A stretch of 57,676 bases of DNA from an uncultured Spirochaetaceae bacterium (GTDB taxonomy: Bacteria > Spirochaetota > Spirochaetia > DSM-27196 > Alkalispirochaetaceae), in the NCBI GenBank assembly GCA_964478055.1, contig CAYZHV010000001.1, positions 2,350-60,025 of the forward strand, written 5' to 3'. How positions within the stretch are numbered: position 1 is the stretch's first letter; every line of letters begins with the position of its first letter. Position numbers and translations under genes: made by a program. A model generated the notes under the pieces. The model searched no databases and was not told the origin of the DNA. It saw nothing but the letters and a program-made list of their open reading frames with translations. Below are positions 53,602-57,676 of this stretch, one piece after another.

Positions 53602-53631
53602 ATTCTTGCTATTTCTCGGACATTCTTGCTA
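53602..53631. promoter_or_regulatory. Two 10-bp direct repeats (ATTCTTGCTA) spaced 20 bp apart upstream of dctP; candidate response-regulator binding site
   Basis: The repeats lie at 53602..53611 and 53622..53631, 66-95 nt upstream of the dctP ATG and immediately downstream of the AraC-type response regulator gene. Confidence 0.3.
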
Positions 53632-53636
53632 ATCGA

Positions 53637-55154
53637 CTAGGGAGTAATGCGCTGACGCCGGTAGTCACTGGGGGAGACCCCCTCTTTTCGGGTAAAAACC
53701 CGGCTAAAGTAGCTCGGGTCCCCGAACCCCGCCCGGGCGCTCACCTCCTTGACCGACAGCCTCCCTTCCGCGAGAAGCTCCCGGGCGACGGCAAGGCGTC
53801 GGTCTGTGATGTATCCCACTACTGTCTTTCCGGTCTCCCGCCGGAAGAGCCGGCTCAAATGGTAGGCGGAGACCGAAGCGAGCTCCGCCAAGGACTCCAG
53901 GGTGAGCTCCTCCATGTAGTGATGATCAATATGCTCCCGGGCCCGCCGGACCGGCGGGGAGAGCTCCTCGAAGCCGTTATCCTGGTACCGTCTGCGCAGC
54001 TCTTCGAGCCCCCTGAGAAAGAGCTCCCGGTCTCGCCCCTGGCCGAATTCCTCGCCCGGGGAGATCGCCGGAACGCGCAAGGCGTGAGCAAGATAGGTGA
54101 GTCGCTCCGCAAGCATTCGAGGAGAGTCCGCCGCGGCGAGAAGCTGCTCTCCCACTCGTCGGACCTCCTCACCGTCGCCCCGGCGTAACTCCCCGAGAAG
54201 AGATCGCTCCAGAGCGTACCGGTCGTCCTTCTCGCTCCGAGCCTGGGATAGGGTGGAAAGGAGTTTCACCTGGGAACCCTGACGCTCCAGACTCATGGAA
54301 GCCTCCGTGGCCCACCGGGCAAGCTGTGAAGCCTGGGAGCTGGTCTCGGTAAGTATTCCCCGGGCCGTCACCGCCTCCCGGCGGGAATAGTCCGCTATCC
54401 CCTTTTCGACCGCATCAAAGAGATCGCCCTCGAGGAGCGCGTGGTCACCCGGAAAGAGGGCGACCCGGAGCTCACTACCCTGTCTCCACGGGAGGATCTC
54501 GTAACCGCAGGTTCGAGCAATCCGATGAACCGCCGATTGAAGTCTGCGCAGACGTGCCTCCATCCGACCAGGGACCGGGCTGAGTTGCTCGACCGCCCTG
54601 GGGGCCAGACGAAGCACGAGAAGAGCCGCTTCCTGCCGGCTACCGAGAAGCGCTCCGACGCGCTCCAGAGACTCTTCATCTCCGAGAAAGAGCTTTTCCA
54701 TGAGCTGTCGCTGCGCCAGAGGGGTGAGGAGCTCCACCGTCCGGGAGAGCTCCTCTTGGGAGGCACCAGCCTCTCTCAGCTCTCGCAATGACGCCATCGC
54801 CTTCCCCACTGCTTCGGCGACCTCCTCATCCGCTGCCGGTTTGACAAGGAACTCCGTTGCCCGGAGCCGGAGAGCCTGCCGGGCATACTCGAACTGATCA
54901 AAGGCGGTCAGAAAGATTATCTGCATCTCCGGGTTGCGTTCCCGCAGAAGTCGGGCCGCCTCGATGCCGTCGATCCCTGGCATCTTTATGTCCAGAATCG
55001 CGATATCCGGGCCGAACTCCTCCGCAACTGTCACTGCCTGCCGGCCGTTCTCGGCAAGCCTCGTTTCCCCGATCTCCGGCGAGAGACGCTCCACCGCCTG
55101 CAGGAGTCCATCCCGCTCGAGGGGCTCATCTTCAGCTATGAGCAAACGATACAC
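53637..55154 (-). CDS. Response regulator with AraC-type HTH output (YesN-like)
   Basis: Receiver MYRLLIAEDEPLERDG...DIAILDIKMPG and a C-terminal AraC HTH LSVKEVSARAGFGDPSYFSRVFTRKEGVSPSDYR. Confidence 0.9.
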   Translation of the reverse strand: MYRLLIAEDEPLERDGLLQAVERLSPEIGETRLAENGRQAVTVAEEFGPDIAILDIKMPGIDGIEAARLLRERNPEMQIIFLTAFDQFEYARQALRLRATEFLVKPAADEEVAEAVGKAMASLRELREAGASQEELSRTVELLTPLAQRQLMEKLFLGDEESLERVGALLGSRQEAALLVLRLAPRAVEQLSPVPGRMEARLRRLQSAVHRIARTCGYEILPWRQGSELRVALFPGDHALLEGDLFDAVEKGIADYSRREAVTARGILTETSSQASQLARWATEASMSLERQGSQVKLLSTLSQARSEKDDRYALERSLLGELRRGDGEEVRRVGEQLLAAADSPRMLAERLTYLAHALRVPAISPGEEFGQGRDRELFLRGLEELRRRYQDNGFEELSPPVRRAREHIDHHYMEELTLESLAELASVSAYHLSRLFRRETGKTVVGYITDRRLAVARELLAEGRLSVKEVSARAGFGDPSYFSRVFTRKEGVSPSDYRRQRITP

Positions 55155-56649
55155 GCTCCTCCTCCCTCACCGGCAGCCGTATCTCCACTCTCGTTCCCTT
55201 TCCCGGCGCACTGGAAATGCGAAAGCTCTCCCTGCCCTGATAGGTCAGCCGAAGTCGGTGTAGGACGTTCTGTATCCCGATGCCACTGGTGTTTTCCGGC
55301 TCCTGCTGTGCGGTACTTGTCGTCTCTTCGTATCGCATGAGCCGTCGCGCCCGTTCAGCGGCCATTCCGACGCCGTTGTCACTCACCGACAGCTGGAGCT
55401 CGTCCCCTGAGAGAAAAGCGGAGACTACCACTTCGCCCCCCTCCTCGCTCGGCTCCACCCCGTAGCGAACGGCGTTCTCCACGAGAGGCTGGAGGATGAG
55501 CACGGGCACATCGATGGACTCGGCATCCACCTCGCAGAGAAGACGGTAGCTGAGTCGATCCCCGAAACGGTGGATCTGAATCTGCATGTATTCCTCCAGG
55601 AGCTGCAACTCCGCGGAGAGACTCACCATGGAGGCGGGATTTCGCAGTAGGTAGCGAAACACCTTGGAGAGAGAACGAATGAGCCCCGCAGACTGGGTGG
55701 CGTTCTCTCCAGCGGCGGTTCTAGCGATGGCGTTGAGGGTGTTGAAGAGAAAGTGCGGATTTATCTGCGTCTGCAGCCCTATCAGTTGCGCCTCCCGGAG
55801 GGAGCGCTGCATGGAGATATTCTTGAGCTCTTCATCATGGAGCCGTCGCTGAAGCTCGTGTTTGTCCCGGAGGTCAACAACCAGTCTCCGAATGTTCTCG
55901 CTCATACTGTTGAAGGAGCTGGCCAGGGTTCCCACCTCGTCCCCCTGAGGAACCCGCACCGCCGGAAGGTCGAGCTCCCCCGCGGCCATGCGACGAGAGG
56001 CGAGGGCGAGCTCATGGAGTGGATGGGTGACGGTCCGGGAAAAGAGCACCGCAAAACCGATCAGGAGCAGAGCGATAAGGCCGACACCGACTGCGGCTGT
56101 CCGGGGAACTTGCTCCGCCTGGGCACGATAGACTGAGTAGCTCTCGCTTCCCTCGGCCAGACGGAGCCGAAAGAGCTCGGCGATGTAAGCGTCCACGTAG
56201 CGGGAGATCTTTACCGCCCACTCATAGGTGAGATAGAAGCCGTCGGCCCCCTCTATTCTCTCGCTGATCGACCTCGAGGCGGCGGCACCATAGGCGCGGA
56301 GGCCGAAGCGGGCTGCGGTTATGTGGAACCTGCCCGGATAGGTCGGGTCGAGCTCGCTCTCCAGTCGACTGAGAAGGTTCCAGAGCTCCGGCGTGGAGGC
56401 ACCGTACGCCTCGAGCTCCCTCTCGTCGCCGGTCCGCATATAGTCGGAGAGGTGGTCCCGGCTCTCAGAGAGCGTCTTCTGAAACTGGTGAATCGTGAAG
56501 TAACTGTCCAGATTTTCCTGAAAGACGTCAGTGTACTCCGTGGCGGTGTAAACCACGTAGGTCATGAGAGCCATAAAGGCGAGGATTATCACCCCGAAAA
56601 AGAGGAGATGCTTGTTCTGAAGGCTCAGGCTGCGCCAAAGCGGTCTCAC
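55132..56649 (-). CDS. Sensor histidine kinase (YesM-like: 2 TM, HAMP, His_kinase, HATPase)
   Basis: QINPHFLFNTLNAIA (phospho-acceptor box of the YesM/LytS type), a HAMP domain after TM2 and a C-terminal GIGIQNV ATP-lid. Confidence 0.9.
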   Translation of the reverse strand: MRPLWRSLSLQNKHLLFFGVIILAFMALMTYVVYTATEYTDVFQENLDSYFTIHQFQKTLSESRDHLSDYMRTGDERELEAYGASTPELWNLLSRLESELDPTYPGRFHITAARFGLRAYGAAASRSISERIEGADGFYLTYEWAVKISRYVDAYIAELFRLRLAEGSESYSVYRAQAEQVPRTAAVGVGLIALLLIGFAVLFSRTVTHPLHELALASRRMAAGELDLPAVRVPQGDEVGTLASSFNSMSENIRRLVVDLRDKHELQRRLHDEELKNISMQRSLREAQLIGLQTQINPHFLFNTLNAIARTAAGENATQSAGLIRSLSKVFRYLLRNPASMVSLSAELQLLEEYMQIQIHRFGDRLSYRLLCEVDAESIDVPVLILQPLVENAVRYGVEPSEEGGEVVVSAFLSGDELQLSVSDNGVGMAAERARRLMRYEETTSTAQQEPENTSGIGIQNVLHRLRLTYQGRESFRISSAPGKGTRVEIRLPVREEERVSFAHS

Positions 56650-57302
56650 CGGAGGCCTCCCTCGTACTCGTGCCCCTCGTAGATGAGCGCCACTGTAGGG
56701 ACTCCCTGGACATAGACGAAGCTCGCGGTCCGCCGGGCAATGAGGGGGTGGTAATAGTAGCGAAACGGCTCCTCCCGGGGAGCCTCATTGTACCGATTGT
56801 AAGCGGCTCGCCAACTCTTCCGGTCGGGATACGCCTCTACTCGGGCGTACCGAATGTTGCCGCTGTTCCCGGAGTCCTCGGCGAGGTAGTAGTGTTCGCG
56901 CTGGCTCCGGTACTGCCGGTCGTAGAAGAGCCGGGCGTTCTCCAGCGACGAAAACTGTCTGAGAAGGACGATCTTGTTCACCGACTCCTTCGGTCCGATG
57001 TGAAGAAGTAGGTCCGTAAAGCTCCACCGGTCATCGCCGGGGAGGACCTTTCGGTGATAGACGACGTGCCCCCCTTGGGTTCCCCGGTACTCGAACCGCT
57101 CATTTCCCGGCGCCTCGACATCAAACTCGCTTCCCAGTCGGTAGCCGCCGGCAACCGGCTCCATCCGGAGCAAGTACTCCGCATCCACCGAAGAGCTCTC
57201 AGGTTTAGGCGCGGTGGTACACCCGAGAAGCGCCGTGAGTAGACCGTAGACGGCGAGGAACGGCAGCAGGAGCAAACCGAATCGAGAGATCCTGCGGATC
57301 AT
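56646..57302 (-). CDS. Hypothetical lipoprotein co-transcribed with the sensor kinase
   Basis: 218-aa ORF with lipobox TALLGC/TT. Its stop overlaps the kinase start by 4 nt. No motif I recognise. Confidence 0.65.
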   Translation of the reverse strand: MIRRISRFGLLLLPFLAVYGLLTALLGCTTAPKPESSSVDAEYLLRMEPVAGGYRLGSEFDVEAPGNERFEYRGTQGGHVVYHRKVLPGDDRWSFTDLLLHIGPKESVNKIVLLRQFSSLENARLFYDRQYRSQREHYYLAEDSGNSGNIRYARVEAYPDRKSWRAAYNRYNEAPREEPFRYYYHPLIARRTASFVYVQGVPTVALIYEGHEYEGGLR

Positions 57303-57361
57303 AGGGGTACTCTATCACGTCTCCGGAACTCTGTGGCACTCTTCACCGCAGAGGAGCCGCC

Positions 57362-57676
57362 ATGCGTAGAATCGGACTAATCGGAGGCATGAGTTGGGAG
57401 TCGAGCCTCCACTACTACAGACTGATCAATCAGGGAGTCCGAGATCGCCTCGGAGGACATCACTCGGCCGACCTCGTTATGGTCTCTGTCGATTTCGCGC
57501 CGATAGAGGAGATGCAGCGAAAGGACGCCTGGGGGGCCGCTGCGGCGGTCCTGGCGAAGGCCGCAAAGGAGTGCCTTGGCGCCGGTGCGGAAGCTCTCGC
57601 TCTCTGCACCAACACCATGCACGTCGTGGCGGCGGCGATTGAAGAGGCCGTTGATGTGCCACTGATTCACATCGCC
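57362..57676 (+). CDS. Aspartate/glutamate racemase-family protein (aspartate racemase-like), 5-prime partial in window
   Basis: My own translation gives MRRIGLIGGMSWESSLHYYRLINQGVRDRLGGHHSADLVMVSVDFAPIEEMQ...ALALCTNTMHVV...VPLIHIA, with GAGGAG 5 nt upstream. The ORF runs off the right edge, so it is absent from the track. Confidence 0.8.
   Translation, partial: MRRIGLIGGMSWESSLHYYRLINQGVRDRLGGHHSADLVMVSVDFAPIEEMQRKDAWGAAAAVLAKAAKECLGAGAEALALCTNTMHVVAAAIEEAVDVPLIHIA

Overview
This is a 57.7-kb GC-rich (roughly 60% by eye), densely coding chromosomal segment with about 50 genes, most on the minus strand, and a noticeably acidic predicted proteome. The gene content (two methyl-accepting chemotaxis proteins, many lipobox lipoproteins, a RodZ/RimO/LolA-like block, an archaeal-type UMP kinase, UxaE) would suit a free-living spirochaete-like bacterium. 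Taxonomy cannot be established from the window alone. Layout, left to right: (1) a decayed AAA-ATPase gene and a small tail-anchored protein gene bracketed by 79-bp direct repeats; (2) a TetR-controlled MMPL/RND-like exporter operon with a LolA-like protein and a predicted outer-membrane barrel; (3) an orphan Dam-family adenine methyltransferase; (4) housekeeping and envelope genes (rimO, rodZ-like, LolA-like, UVR-domain protein, pyrH, corA, an MCP); (5) tRNA-Leu(CAA) followed by a cluster of tRNA-3-prime-end-like repeats; (6) miscellaneous genes (PRTase, Cys-rich protein, aldo/keto reductase, OmpA lipoprotein, second MCP, Trx/DsbD-like membrane protein, GATase, serine hydrolase); (7) a nucleotidyltransferase-TPM-LemA module next to a GldA/F/G-like ABC system with DUF4340; (8) an M23 peptidase divergent from an unusual acyltransferase/zinc-ribbon/polytopic-membrane fusion; (9) a sugar-acid (hexuronate) locus with TctABC, a Gfo/Idh/MocA oxidoreductase, a TIM-barrel isomerase, an enolase-superfamily enzyme, a ROK regulator, uxaE, uxaC, TRAP DctPQM and a YesM/YesN-type two-component system. 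I found no CRISPR array, rRNA, intact IS element, integrase or phage genes, and no complete known defence system. The candidates I consider most worth follow-up are: the shared acidic Gly/Ser/Phe module linking the exporter and its barrel; the acyltransferase fusion; the tRNA-Leu att-like repeat cluster; the 79-bp repeat module at the left edge; and the non-canonical enzymes inside the uronate locus. None is proven novel from sequence alone. All family assignments come from motif recognition by eye; no searches were run.
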